Assembly (NCBI GenBank): GCA_951406725.2
Contig: OX597816.1
Coordinates: forward strand, 86,552,001 to 86,616,000
Source: Octopus vulgaris
Taxonomy: Eukaryota
Length of the DNA: 64,000 nt
Direction: 5' to 3'
Positions 12,995 through 26,845 of the stretch are shown piece after piece. The position numbers and the translations under genes were made by a program. Below the pieces are notes generated by a model. That model saw only the letters and a list, made by a program, of their open reading frames with translations, was not told the DNA's origin and did not search any database. Position 1 is the stretch's first letter. Each line of letters opens with the position of its first letter.

Positions 12995-13502
12995 GTCGTT
13001 CAGTGATGGAACAGCTGAGCTACTGTGAGAGACTGAGAGAGAGAGAGAGAGAAGACGGGAGAGGTATGCAGTGATACATGTGTGGAAGTTACTGGCGGGC
13101 GGGTACCAAACTTTGGAACTCTGAGTTATACCAGTCCTCGAATTGGACGTCACTGTATTCTTCCAAAAGTCTCACTTGTCTCATCTGATGCGAGAATCAT
13201 GTACCGCAATAGCTTGAGGTTCAAGAGCCCGCTGCTATTTAACCCCTTGCCAAAGCATCTGAGGGATCTCCATGGACTGGGGGTAGATGTTTCAAAAACA
13301 ACTTGACCAATTGCTATCCTAGATCCTAGATGAACCAATATCAAGGCAGGGAACTCAAAAAAGGGCAGCGGTATCGAACTCCCTCCTTCATCAATAGCCA
13401 GTCACATAGATTTGGCCAATGGCCAATCAAATGGTGATTACACTGGTGGTGCCCCGGCTTAACTACAGCTTCAGGGCTGAAGCATATAAAAGAATAAAAG
13501 AA
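12995..13502 (+). mobile_element. CR1/L2-group LINE 3' fragment (ORF2 C-terminus and tail)
   Basis: RRERYAVIHVWKLLAG / VPNFG...SPRIGRHC..PK...YRNSLRFKSPLLFNPLPKHLRDLHG, then tail ggtggtgccccggc...cagcttcagggctgaagca(taaaagaa)n. Confidence 0.88.
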
Positions 13503-13506
13503 TATA

Positions 13507-13550
<44 letters not shown>

Positions 13551-13552
<2 letters not shown>

Positions 13553-15363
13553 GTTTCAGCTCAGAGCTGCGGCCATGCTGATGCCCCGCCGTTTTGTACT
13601 ACACTGTTATTACGACGAACCTCGTCTAATATGTGGCACTTGGTGAAGAATGTTTGATATAGCTACTCTCATCTGGGACTCTTTACAGGAAGATGTCCAG
13701 CTTTGATTTAAAAACCGCTACATCTACTTTGTGCAAGTTCCTCAGAATCTTTGGGAGAATATCAAAAAGCTGTGGGCCCTTGAAACCCAGGCTGTTGCAG
13801 AAGCTGGTCCTGAAGTGTGATGGCATCGCTGGGATCTTTGGCACCATGCAGTGTCGTCCCGTTCTAGCATTGGTGTAGCTTACAATGCCAACATTTGGCA
13901 CAATTCCTTCCAGGATCTTCCAGACATATATTACTGCATACCTCTCCCGTCTTCTCTCCAGGGAGTAGAGTCTTAGCTGTTTCAACCTTTCCCGGTACCT
14001 GAACTGTTGCAAAGAGACGATCTTCTTTGTGAATCTTCTCTGGATTGCTTCAAGGTCCGCTGTTAATTTTACACTGGTGGGTGACCATAGCTGTGAGCAG
14101 TAATCCAGGGGGCTGAGGACGAATGTCCGCCAGAGGACCATCATGGTTTCCTTATCTCTGGTTCTGAATGTTCTTAGATCCACCCAGCCAGTCGTCTGCA
14201 CTTTGTCGCCATCCTGGTAATGTGCACTTGGAAAGAGGTATCATCACTCATGTCGATAACCAGGTCCCTCACAGACTTAGGCTCTGCGATTGAAATTCCC
14301 TGTGGACCGGTGTATCCTGTAAGTTTAATATTCAGTTTTGGATGGATGCTGGTAGCGCAGGGCCTGGAATTTTTCATCATTAAACTGCATATTATTATCC
14401 TGGAATCTTGCTCCTATTTGTTTTGTCCTTGTGCTCTGGGACATATTTCTGGCATACGGCTTGCACAGAAGACATGAAACATTCTAGTTTCATGTCAATG
14501 TCTGGTGTGGAGAGACATTCCGGCCAGTCCTCTCTGAGGATCTCTTTTTGGATCGATTTCCAATCTGCTTTCTGGAAGTTCAGATTGGAGAGATTTCAGG
14601 TGCTTCCTTTAGGCTGTATGTCTCTGGTTACTTTTGGCCCAAACATAGACTATTATGTTGTGATCCGAAACTGATGTCGGTGTCACTTTCACATCCTGAA
14701 TGATGTCCATATTGTTCGTGAAGCAGAGATCCAGAATGTTATTCGCCCTAGTTGGCTTACGTACAACTTGCTCCATGAATAAGGCATTGGTGAGGTTGAG
14801 CAGGGACTCCACCTGTACTTGCTTGCAATGATTCATTCCTGAGAGTATGTGACCTTCGGGCCATTTGACGTTGGGGAAGTTGAAATCACCCATAAGAAAT
14901 ATGGTCACGTGGTGTTCCAGATTCATGAGGATTTCTTTAATTCTTGTGAGGCAATCTTCAAACTTGCCTGTGTGATTTGGGGCATCCGGTGGGCAATATG
15001 TAGTGCATATGACTATATTATGTTGTCTTATGTATACAATTAATGTGTCACATACCGAATTTGAGTATGTCATTAAGACCTGGGGTGTGAGGTCATCTCG
15101 GATGTATACAGCAAATCCACCATGGCTTCTTTCCCTTCTGTCTGTTCGCAGAATGGCATAGTTTGGTATGTGTACTTCTGCGTCCTCTATATCAGGGTTG
15201 AGGTGATTTTACACAAGTGCTATGCATAGGGCTTGATTGCATGCAGTAAGATCTCTCAGGAAGGAAATTTTGTTTCTATTTTGATGCAACAGGCCCCCAA
15301 TATTTAGTAAAAGTATTGGGGTGACGGCTGTGCAGGCGTTAGGGGAGGCCATCCGTGTCTCTT

Positions 15364-15368
<5 letters not shown>
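13551..15368 (-). mobile_element. CR1/L2-group LINE ORF2 pseudogene: APE endonuclease and RT C-terminus with the RT core deleted
   Basis: ILLLNIGGL..., HLNPDIEDAEVHIPNYAILRTDR...HGG.AVYI, GDFNFP, PTRANNILDLCF and SDHN mark the APE domain. It then jumps near 14397 to MQFNDEKFQ...VRDL...LDYCSQLWSP...ERLKQLRLYSLERRRERY. The tail is at 13551-13590. Confidence 0.93.
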
Positions 15369-15400
<32 letters not shown>

Positions 15401-15406
15401 AATAAA

Positions 15407-15492
<86 letters not shown>

Positions 15493-15539
15493 TTAGATAG
15501 ATAGCTTGTAAAAGATCATGTCTTGCCTGTACTGAGAAA

Positions 15540-15762
15540 TTCAACTAAGCGACCACCCATATTCATTTTGACCGCCATGGGTTTTGCAGTAAATCACTAA
15601 ATCATCTATAACTTTTGTATTATCCTCTCAAATTACACCAAAATCTCAGGCAATAACAAATTGTCTGTGAAAATTATAGAATATAAAACAACTTTGATAA
15701 AAAATTATATCTACTTTTCTGACGAAAACAATGCCGTTCTGAACATTTTGGCCGCAACTGTA
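15540..15762 (+). mobile_element. Tc1-like transposon terminal fragment
   Basis: Ends gttctgaacattttggccgcaactg|TA, a Tc1-type TIR (CAGTTGCGGCCAAAA on the minus strand). No partner TIR found. Confidence 0.55.
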
Positions 15763-17029
15763 TATGCATACATACATGCCTAATGCTGTATTACGTCCTA
15801 AAATTATGTGTTCTACAAAGAACGACAGAGAAAACGATGCTTTGTGAATGACCGAAATCTATAGTCTTGAAATCAAACATTAATCCGTTTTATTTCTATA
15901 CGGACGAATATTCTAGAATATGCCTTCTTCTGCTTAATACAAGCAACATAGAGAAATGTTAAGCGAAGCGAATGGCTAAGCTAGTGATAGTATATGAAAC
16001 ATGCGGATGGATTCAAGTTCAACAAAATGATATCGACGGCCGATATCTTTAAAAGTAGCTTGGCGGTGTGAAGCAGTAGACCAGTTGATATGACTGAATC
16101 GAAGCGTGATTCATTGTCAAGTAACTGAAAGGATATATGATTTGGATGCGATGAGGGGAAATCTAGTTAGGAGTCTAAGAGAGTGATTGGGCAAAGGTTA
16201 ATGTAGTCAATATAGTTGGATGCGAATAAGAAGGTAACTGTTATAGCGGGGCTGCTGGATATGTAATTTCTACAAGGCGGACGGTGTTGACCATCATGAT
16301 GAAGGGATTCAAGTATTTACGGGAAAGCGATGTGTTAATGATAAAGCTTTGTGAAGTTTAGGCAACTGACTGAAAAGTTTGTTTGCATCACCTCCAAGAA
16401 AAATGTTGACCTGATTCATGTCCTTTAAGGTAAATGCTTCCAATCCAGTAACTTAAAAGCAGAAGTGCTCATAAAGAGATTAGAAATTGAGAGAGTATAT
16501 ATTTGAAGGCAAGAAATTGGAAAACTACTCAGCAAGTCTTTGAAGAACTGGGCTTTTTGGAGCAAATTGAAGAGGGAGACGATGGGTGCGCATGGCTTGT
16601 GAAGCGCAACGACAGATGTTCCAAATGCATATGATTAGTTAACGATAACCTATCTCCAAAGAACATTATTGTAGCCAGTTACATAGGGGTATGTCCAAAG
16701 CTGAATAGATATATACTTATACTTATATACATAAATACATAGTACGTGTGTGTGTGTATGTGTGTGCACTCAAATTTACAAATATAGTATATAAAATATA
16801 TTGATGTGATCGTTTGCATGCGCATGTGTGTGTGTGTGTGTGTTTATGCGTGAATATATTTATTGATTTGATAGTTGAAAAACACATGTAAATTATCCAA
16901 AGAAGCAGATAACCACTTAGACATAGTGAAGTCAACCGAAAACCGCAAATAGTTTCTAGTCCACTTCCAAAGCCTGTCTCGACACTAAACACTCTGCCAA
17001 ACTTAAGTGACAGTGATGTCATTCAAATA

Positions 17030-17757
17030 ATATATCCTCCTTTCAGCCAGTATTCCTGAAATACGCTGTAATTGAAGAGATAATTAAAGAGGAATGTATG
17101 AGTGTTGAAAAAGAAAATACTTGTAATTTTTAAGTACTGTGTTAATATTGTATACCATATTTCCTTTATCTGAAAACCTATCAGGAAAAACTGTCCACCT
17201 TTTGTGCACACTACGCAATATAATTTCAGTACCTTGTTTTATTTTCCAAGTGTTGATGATGAGTTTTGTTTCATATGCTTCTTTTAATAAGTTTTTTGTT
17301 CTACCTCAGTTTGCAACATTTGCATTATTCCCAATGCATCCCTTATTATGGATATTGCTTCTGTTTTCTATCCCCATATTCAAGCTCGATCTCTATCTCT
17401 AACTTCTGATATTTGAATGAACTCAGAAGCTCTTTCCAAAATCAGTTATTTTCACTGGAATCAGTAAATCTGGTAGGAGAAATGCATATTCCAGATGGGT
17501 TGAAATTCTAAATATATTATGCCTCTATGTGTACTTAATTCTGGATAATATTCTTTACTTCATAAATATATAACTCAAAGTAACATCCAGATATAATGTT
17601 GTATATTCCATTCCATTTTGTTTTTCATTTTGGATATTTCTAACTTGACTCCGTCAATAAAAATAGTCACAGCTTTCTGTCAACCATTTTTTCATCCAGT
17701 GGGCATTTTTGCATTTTATCTATTCTCGCATCATTCCAGCTTGTCACCTCAGTTTTT

Positions 17758-17800
<43 letters not shown>

Positions 17801-18200
17801 TGTGTGTTCCTATAGTTTACATCTCAAAGCATTTTTATTACCTGCATTCTCCTCTATACATCTTTACATTACTTAGGCGTCTTTTTTGTCTTGTTCATAT
17901 TTTGTAGCTATTTGTATTATTTTCTTTCTTATCATTCTTAACAAGATTTTCTGTAGTATTAGAATAATTATTCTGTAATAATTTTCCAGCCGAACAAGAT
18001 TTTTACATCATTATATTTCTGAGAAATAGTTGTTTCAGGGTTAGTATTTGGGTAGTGTATTTTGAATATATATGACTACATATTATTAATAGATTCATAT
18101 TTTGTATAGCTAATACACTCAAGACCCAATTCATAATATCTTAACTGCTATTAATACAGAAGCAGTTATGTTATTGATATTTACTATCTTATATTTGACA
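17030..18200 (-). mobile_element. Very decayed L1/Tx1-like ORF2 C-terminal remnant
   Basis: Scattered minus-strand peptides AVKIL*I, TLPKY, FGWK, KCKNAHWMKKWL, FQPIWN and VCTKGGQFF occur in L1-like order, with many disruptions. Confidence 0.35.
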
Positions 18201-19277
18201 TTCAGCTTTCTATTAACAACTATTAATCTAATGCATCTCTAATAGCACCTTTCAATCATTTTTTTTCTCCATTCATGTGTAATGTGCTACATATAATTAA
18301 TTAATTGCTAAGTAAATATCTTATTCATTATCTAACATGATATTAACAAGATTTTTTTTTCTTCTGTACCATGCAACTTAGAACCATTTTTATAAGTGAA
18401 TTTCCTGTCTTTTTCTTTTTATTGCTTTATACTACATGTAACTGTTTTTGTTTCCCTATCTCATCTGTACGACTTTCTCTCGTACAGAGTGCAACGCGTT
18501 CGGCATAACCGTTTACTATAAATGCAATTTTACACTCCTATCTTTTTGCACAATCCAAGGTGGAAAATGCTGTGAAAGCCTTCTATTTAAGAACACCTAG
18601 TTTATTACTATCCCATGCTTGCTTATGACTTTTAAAGAATCACACACAGAAAGTATTTCTAAAGCTTGGTTTTGTGGAGTCATATATTATTTTGTAAAAT
18701 TTTTATCGCTGACCATTTTTGAATTTCTAGAAAGAAGTCATTTACGTATTCTCATTGAATTATTGAAAACGGTGTTGAAAGTTGACATTTTCTCTTCTGG
18801 AATCGTGTTAATCAATTACTGCTAATGATGCTTGACGTCATTATCAGCAACATTTTTCAAATTTCGAAGCTGTTAAAGCAGTTAAAGCAAGTCTTATTGT
18901 CTGGTGGAGGTGGGGGGTATACATGGACGTAGTGGTGATACTTTGGTGGTGATCTTTGTAATGATATTGGTGATGGTCATTAACATCACTGCATATGGAC
19001 AATTTTGCTCTTCTTTTGTTGTAAAATATCAATGTTTGACATAATGAAAAGAGCAAAAAAATTTTAGAAAGGATTGTTTCGAACTCTGTACAGAACATCT
19101 CTAATCGACAGCAAAAACTCATGCAACAACAAAACACAGGCAGGGGACTAAACTTTCTGACTCATCACCTACATTTTCCTTGTAAAACGTTGACGTGATT
19201 ATATATACATACATATATACATACTTATTTACCTATACTTACTTATATACATATATACATACAAATATACATACACA

Positions 19278-19364
<87 letters not shown>

Positions 19365-19537
19365 TCAAATGAATATGATACTTAAATTAGATGCAACAAA
19401 ATTTTGTATTGTGTTATCCATATAAATTGAATTGCTCAACATTTTAAAACTGTTGTAATACTTACAATGTTTAATAAAATGATGTAGCGTGAAACGATCG
19501 TACCAAATAACCGGAGATATTCTTGTTGCTTATTTTG

Positions 19538-19581
<44 letters not shown>

Positions 19582-19844
19582 CATATCACTTCAACGTGGA
19601 ATTATAGTGTTGTTTAAGATAATATAGATTTTATATAATAAAATAAATTGTCGAGAATCAAAGAATATAATGTTCAAGTAGCAATTAACTTCTGTGATAC
19701 CTCTACTTATTATTTTTATGGTATATATTTCATAATACCTGTTCATAATCTATGACCTTATTTTGATTCTCATACTCGAATGAAATTAAAACTAAATTTA
19801 GAAAAATGGGCCGACTGATTGGAATTGAAATATATATATCTGAA

Positions 19845-19911
<67 letters not shown>

Positions 19912-22900
19912 AATAATGAGGGAGATAAATTAATATTAATTTTAATATCAATTTAAAACCAGTAGTTTAGCATACAAAAAATCTGAGAAGTCAGAGAAAA
20001 TTCTAATATACGTGTATATTGGCAGGGCTGGACTGCTAGGTAGTCGGCCGTATGCTAGAAACAGATCATCAACGATCAAACTACAAAGGAAATTCTCTAG
20101 AGGAAAAATTCAGCGAACACCAGAACCAAATTTGGCGGGCAGGACAGATGAAAATTTATATAAAAAAACTATATATATATAGTTGATAAATAAACAAAAT
20201 AAGGAAACTCTTAAGCCGAATTTGAACAGAAAACGTGCGCATAAGTAACGTAATTATATTTCAGTAACCCTTTTTTTCCAGAGCTCCATTCTAATACAAA
20301 GGTTATAGAGTGATTGGTACGAGAGTGCTAGAATGATTTAAAAAGATAATCGTGTTGTTGATCTGATATTTTTGTTACTGTTGATGACAACGACGATGAA
20401 AACGATTACAATGATGATGATGATGATGATGACGACTAGGAGAAGAATCACGTCCACGACGACGAATAGAGGGAGTAAAACGGGGATTTGAAACTTTTCC
20501 TTTGAAATTTACGTAAGGCAACTAATTTCGATGTCTACTGTTAATTTCAGTTTTATAGGCGCTACTATAGGTTTGATATCAATTTAAGCAAGTAGAATTA
20601 CAGACTAATGTCATCATATTGTTCCTATAAATAATTTTATTGGAATAAATGATGCGTAACCCGAAAATATTGAAATTTTCTAATGCAAAATCTGTACGAT
20701 GTATAATATAAATATATATATATATACGGAAACTAAAGTTGAAACTCGGAAAAGTTAGCCTAATGTGGACACATTTGAGAAGGCGTTTAAAGACAAACAC
20801 AATGGAAGAGATAAATCTCTTTCTATAATTTTGTTAACATTATGAGAAAAATTAATACCGTATAGTTTTGATCGAACAATTCTACATATTGCAGAAAAAT
20901 TGTATTGATAAAATTGAGGAAGCAAATGAAAATGGAAAACAAATCATTCTTAAGAAAAAGATTTTAATAATGTCTATAAATTTTTCACAAGTCTGAATAC
21001 TTTTAAAAAGCACCAGATTAGATTCTTATACGTTTTGCCCAAACTGTGAAAGAAGAAAAGGGAGAAAACATTTTGCATCAGACAATTACGGACAGACACA
21101 ATAGAGTTGCTACATTTTTATTCTCGTGTTCTTGTGTAACATTGTTTAGAATATTGTGTAGAAAGACTTATTGGAATAGCATAGACTAATGTTTTTACAC
21201 CTGACATCATTAAAAAATGTTTCGAAACAAACAATTTCAAACGGAAAAAACAATGTGAAAAAATTCTGGTAGCAAATTTGTTACTTGTATAGAAAATTTG
21301 AAGAAACAGAAGATTAGATTATTTACGAGCTGTCCAGTTAAGTTCCTGGAAAAAAAAATGATATAAAGATACACAAGAAAAGGAGAACTATTAGAGACGG
21401 ATAAAAACAGAAGAGATAGATTTATTTCTTACTGAAAGATATTGATGAAAATGTTAGGAAAGAGAGCACGGCGCAGATATATGCAATCTAATTGGCACAA
21501 ACGCCAGATCTTATATATCAAAATGAAAGGAAACATATCCTCAACCAATGAGATAGGCCAAAATTATATTATATAACCACTTCAGACATACTGAGTTTTT
21601 CTTTTTCCCTTCCCTTTTACTTGAGTGTCTAACTACAAAGTGTGAATTTAATTATAAACTATCTAAACGGCGCTTAATAGTTTTCAGTTTCCAATTCAAA
21701 CTATTCAAACTATCTTCTGTTCGGATATTGATGCGCTTATCTTAGTTATTTTATTGATTTTCACATCTGAGTACTAAGTAAGAACGGATTCCGGATAGGA
21801 AAATAAGATTAGGTGAGCTTCATGCCTTTATCATGAGATTAGCTCAGCTACAGAAATGAATTTATCCGCAACTAAAATCGAAAAGTGTGAACGGACGTAG
21901 CATATTGTGTCTAGTAATTGTCATGTTCATTACAAGCCCAAAATATATCTTAAAGGTGAGAGAAAATAAAACAGTGGCATTTGCATTTCTTATTATATAA
22001 CTGAATCCACAGTGCCGACTCAACTCTACAGAAATTTAACTTATTCATCGTTTTCCAATTATGACAGGATGTCAAAATTGTGGCTAACGTACTTAACTAT
22101 TACAGTTGTAATTACCGAACAGTAATTAACAGCTTTATTTCTGTGTAGAATGCGCCAGTGGTGGTTATAGAAATTTTCTCGCATGTAAAAAATTAATATA
22201 TTTACGCTCCACATGCTTAAAAGCTGTTACTACTGTCTATAATTAGAAACTATCTTTTAGGTGTATTACAAAGTTTAGATTAACGAGTTTTCTTACGAAT
22301 GAAAAAGCAATGGTTTCCTGTTTTGTATCTGTTGTTTATGGCTTACTTTGCCAGCCTCCTATTTATCTGAACTTACAGCGATGGCCCAGCACAATCTACT
22401 CAACCCTTTGGAAGGAGAAATCATCTAGGTGACATGTCATGTCTACATACCAGTTAGTCTGTATTACACATGATTCGGAGCATTCTTACGAATCATGTAT
22501 GCTTAGCCATCGGACCATCTGCTGCGACGTGAACAATAATATGAGCCCTTCACATGTATTACCACACCGGGTAGCGGAGAGCTTGAAATACTGGGGACTT
22601 ATACGTTCTTTAATGCTTCTCAAAATTCTTTATCTCCCTCTTTCATTTGGAATACCACAACTACATACAGTCTGCAAATACAGACTTCCCCTTGCCTTAC
22701 TGTAAATTAATGAAGTACAAGAAATTATGCATACGAAAAAATGGAGATGATGCTTTTATGATCGTATATGTTATCAGTTACACTTAATTGCAATTTTGTT
22801 CATCGGAGAACAAAACCAATTTCGATAAGCAGCTTCGTTAGGAAGTTAACATATAGAGTACACTTCATACTATTATGAACCTCATTTTCAAAATCAAAGC

Positions 22901-24369
22901 AAAGAAAATCAAAGTCATAAATATATATGAAAACACTAAGTAGATTTAAATATTGTCATATGAAATATTTTTGTTTATAACTGGACATTTTATCAATACT
23001 CAACATTAATTTTGATTGTGAAAGTGTCACTCATTTCAAATTTTCTTAGGTTCATCATAGTAATTTGTCAATATATTAAATTGTCGATATATATTAAAAT
23101 TTTGCTAGCAATGTAACTACATTTGCTTAATTCGAAAAACCTGTATTCTAAAATGTTCTGTGGTGAGTAAAGGCAACGAGCAATGCAATGCAATAATCGC
23201 AAATACATTCTTTCATACTGAAAAATGATTACCTTGTATTATTTACTGATTTAGATTATAACATCAGGAATTTAGTTCATAGTGAGGCTAAGAACTGAAC
23301 CACACATTTTATAAGGAATACATAGCATTCACTTAAATCAAGTTTTGTGATTCCATTCTAAACGAGAGAAGACAGCCAAATGTCACGAACTCCATAAATG
23401 ACGAAATAGATGGTCGTTTTCCCCTTGCTTATTATGCTCATCAAGAGTACATAGATCCATTATTGTATTATCGTATCTTCCCAAATGTGCAATGTTTCGT
23501 ATATATTTTTTTTTTATTTTGTACTTAGATTACCGACCACGATTACCCTATGAAAGTTATTCATGCATAACGTACGGTTTTATTAACAGTATATAGTACT
23601 AAGACTAGTAATCAACATTCTATTGAATTAGAAGTCTGAGTATATAATATTTAATTTAAAAGATTAGTTGGAATTAAAGCTCTAACGTGTTAAGAAATTT
23701 TGAGTCTTCAGTTTCCTATTACACTACATATTCCAAAATGTCTAGAAAACATGTTGACAATTGTTTTATCTCTAATAATAGGGTGAGAAATATGTTAGGC
23801 GAAATTGAAAGACTTGAAAAAGCATCAACATTTAAGTTCGATTCTTTGGAAGTCACGAGTGTCCCATACCATTGTCAGAAGGGTCATTTAACTGGAAAAT
23901 TATTTAAATGCTCATTTGTCTGGTAGTAATTTATTTGCAGAAAGCCTCTTCTAGTAGTATATAAATTAAAATTTTATAAAGATTATACTTTTCTATCGTG
24001 TGTAGTTAGACTTGGATTACTTCTTCTGGCATCCACTGCATCGATTAACGCCTTCCTGATGTGGTTTTCCAACATTATGCAACAGAAAGTCATCGTTTAC
24101 TCTTCATCACACTGGTTGACAAGCAGTAATATGATCCATGGTTCGTCGTGTAAATCTTCTACAAATATGATCGTCTGATATCTGATAAAATATGGTGAAA
24201 GACATTGTAAAGCTATGAAATTAGCTGTTCTTTTTCATTTCTGAGAAACAATGCAACTTTTGAGCAAAAAAAAATTAGGGAAACCTATTTACATCATTAA
24301 AAGCAATTGGCGAGAGCAAATACACATCTCTTCAGAGCGAGTAGCAATATTGCCACCAACTCCCCACTT

Positions 24370-24511
24370 TTCTTCTTCTTCTTCTTCTTCTTCTTCTTCT
24401 TCTTCTTCTTCTTCTTCTTCTTCTTCTTCTTCTTCTTCTTCTTCTTCTTCTTCTTCTTCTTCTTCTTCTTCTTCTTCTTCTTCTTTTTCTTCTTCTTCTA
24501 TCACTACAACA

Positions 24512-24553
<42 letters not shown>
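24370..24553. repeat. (TTC)n followed by (TAC)n microsatellites
   Basis: Direct runs, which produce the poly-S/E/F/R/T ORFs. Confidence 0.97.
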
Positions 24554-24554
<1 letters not shown>

Positions 24555-24675
24555 TTAATACTGCAAGTAATTATAATAATGATGATAATAATGATGACGA
24601 TGATCATAATGAGTTGTGTGTATATGTATATATATGAGTGTGTGTGTGTGTGTGTACACATATGTAATAAATATT

Positions 24676-24721
<46 letters not shown>

Positions 24722-26636
24722 TATGTATGTATATATTCGTGGACACACACACATTTATGTATATTACACATATATAAATCAAACAGCAGTTAATTGCTAT
24801 GATGGGTTTCATATTACGTTAGAAAGTTTTGACATGAATTAATAGTAAGCATTTGTTTCAGTCCCCGAAGAAATAGAGAAATGAGTCTTTAATTGGAAGT
24901 TGGCCTTTCTGGAAAACCAAATAAATCATTGAAATGTTTGCATATCCCAGGAGTAGACAAAGTAGCAGAAAGAAAAACAAGGACGACAATGTTGTCTTGT
25001 GGATGAGTAAGAGAGATTTTGAGTTCAGTATCGAATATGTCCAGAAATCGTTAACAAGCCTAACATCTCGAACAATTTTTACATGAACTATCATCGAAGC
25101 AAATAATCAGATTTCTAGTTATCCAGTTTGATCTGCTTGCGATTTCGTTGCAAGTCATTCGTAAGTAAGCCGACCGAGGGTGGAGTCTAATGATGAAAAA
25201 AGAATGTGTTTTCATATGATGAATACAATTCTTAAAAGAGAGACTGAGGGTGTTTCTATCTAAACTTGCTAGTATTAGCAGCTAAATCTCTTTCATATCA
25301 CGTGAATTCAGCACATATATTATCAGAAGTCGAAGCTTCTCACAAAGTAGTATTCGCGACCATTTCGTATCACAACATACTCATGGTTGTAGAATTATAT
25401 ATTTCTCTTTTAATTTATAAAATTAAAACCTGTGTTTACTTTACAGTGTGAATCCTGTTTTAAAAACTGGTAAGAGCATCAACACGTATATAAAAACCTT
25501 CTGTATAAGAAGGCTACGGCTCTAAAAGCAAAATATACAGTATCTCCTACATGACCATTAATTATATATATTTTAACAAAGAGTAAATCTCACAACGTTT
25601 ATAGAAGTGAGAAAACTGTTCAAACCTTAATGTTTATTACAGCTTAATGTGTTTGACCCTTGGTTTGGTGTTAAATATTGATACCGCTGCAGAAACACTG
25701 GAAATCAGCGAAACTAGAGTATATTAGAATGATTGAAGGAAGATATCCGGGATAACTATAAGCAAATAGACAACGATATAATCTAGGTTTCGAATCTAAA
25801 ACAAAACTCTCGCTCGTGATGATGGTTTCCGATGACAGAATTTTGTATATTTTTCACTGCCCAGGGCATTAAGGACACCGTCTATTTCATGGATTATGTC
25901 AAAAGTATTTAACCAGATTGATCCTATCAATTTGCGTAGTGTACACAAGCGAGAGATCCTGAAAGCAGTGCCAGCACGTATTCAAAATTTTCAATCAAAA
26001 AGAGAATCTTAACCTGGAAGCTCGGCTTCTTAGAAACGGCAACCAATTATCTATCAATACATAATTAATAATTATCGAAGTATCGAACAATTATGCATCT
26101 AGTAGTACTTTCTCTAAGATAGCAAATAAGAACGGGAACGCAGTATATATACACCGTGACTAAATAAAGGAGACGGTCAATACTACAAAACTGTACATGT
26201 GGTTGATCGCACCTATACTATGACAGAGTAGCATTAAGTCACCTGAAAACAGAAAGGACATATTCCACGATCTATTCTTGGAGACAATGTTTGGAAACGT
26301 GAGACGAAGTCCATGTCTGGAACGCAGCTGATAATACCTATACGCTGCCAGGGTTGTCTTGAGTTAAGCAGTCTCAGTAAACTATCATACTTAAGTGCTA
26401 TATGCAATAATTTTGCCAATTTGGTGGCAGTGCATCATAACAGCTTATCCAGTTTCCAGCAAAGAGAAACAAGTCGCCAAAGACTCAAATGCAGCATTTA
26501 ATATTTCTACTAGCTCGAAGAATTTATTCAAATTTAAGAACTGGTAGACTTTAAGAACGGTTTGAACATGTTTGAATTAGAAAGGAGGTAGTTTTTTTAA
26601 GAATTGAATATATTTGCCACAAACAGCGCATGTGAC

Positions 26637-26845
26637 CAGTGGCGGACTGGCCATGTTGCCAGCTTGCCTGATGGCAAGTGGGCTCCTGCGCCATTAGAAT
26701 CCATATATGGGGGCCCATACCCTGTAGTTTGAGTATTTTTTATTCACCCCTGGAAGAATGCATTAATTATTTCAGCTTGGATGTGTTTGTAGACAGTTAC
26801 AAAGAATACTTTTAACAAAATATTTTTAGACCCAGTCCGCCACTG
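26637..26845. mobile_element. hAT-superfamily MITE (209 bp)
   Basis: Perfect 14 bp TIRs CAGTGGCGGACTGG / CCAGTCCGCCACTG, with an 8 bp TSD catgtgac (26629-26636) / cacgtgac (26846-26853). Confidence 0.9.

Noticed and set aside
15960-16680. Purine-rich complex tract, possibly a LINE remnant
   Set aside because: No motif could be assigned with confidence.
18844-19137. 97 aa ORF with a His-rich stretch
   Set aside because: No recognisable domain, splice context or canonical start.
20700-21300. FCPNC...H zinc-knuckle-like peptide (possible L1 end); similar hint at 39560-39770 on the minus strand
   Set aside because: Too short and degenerate to call.
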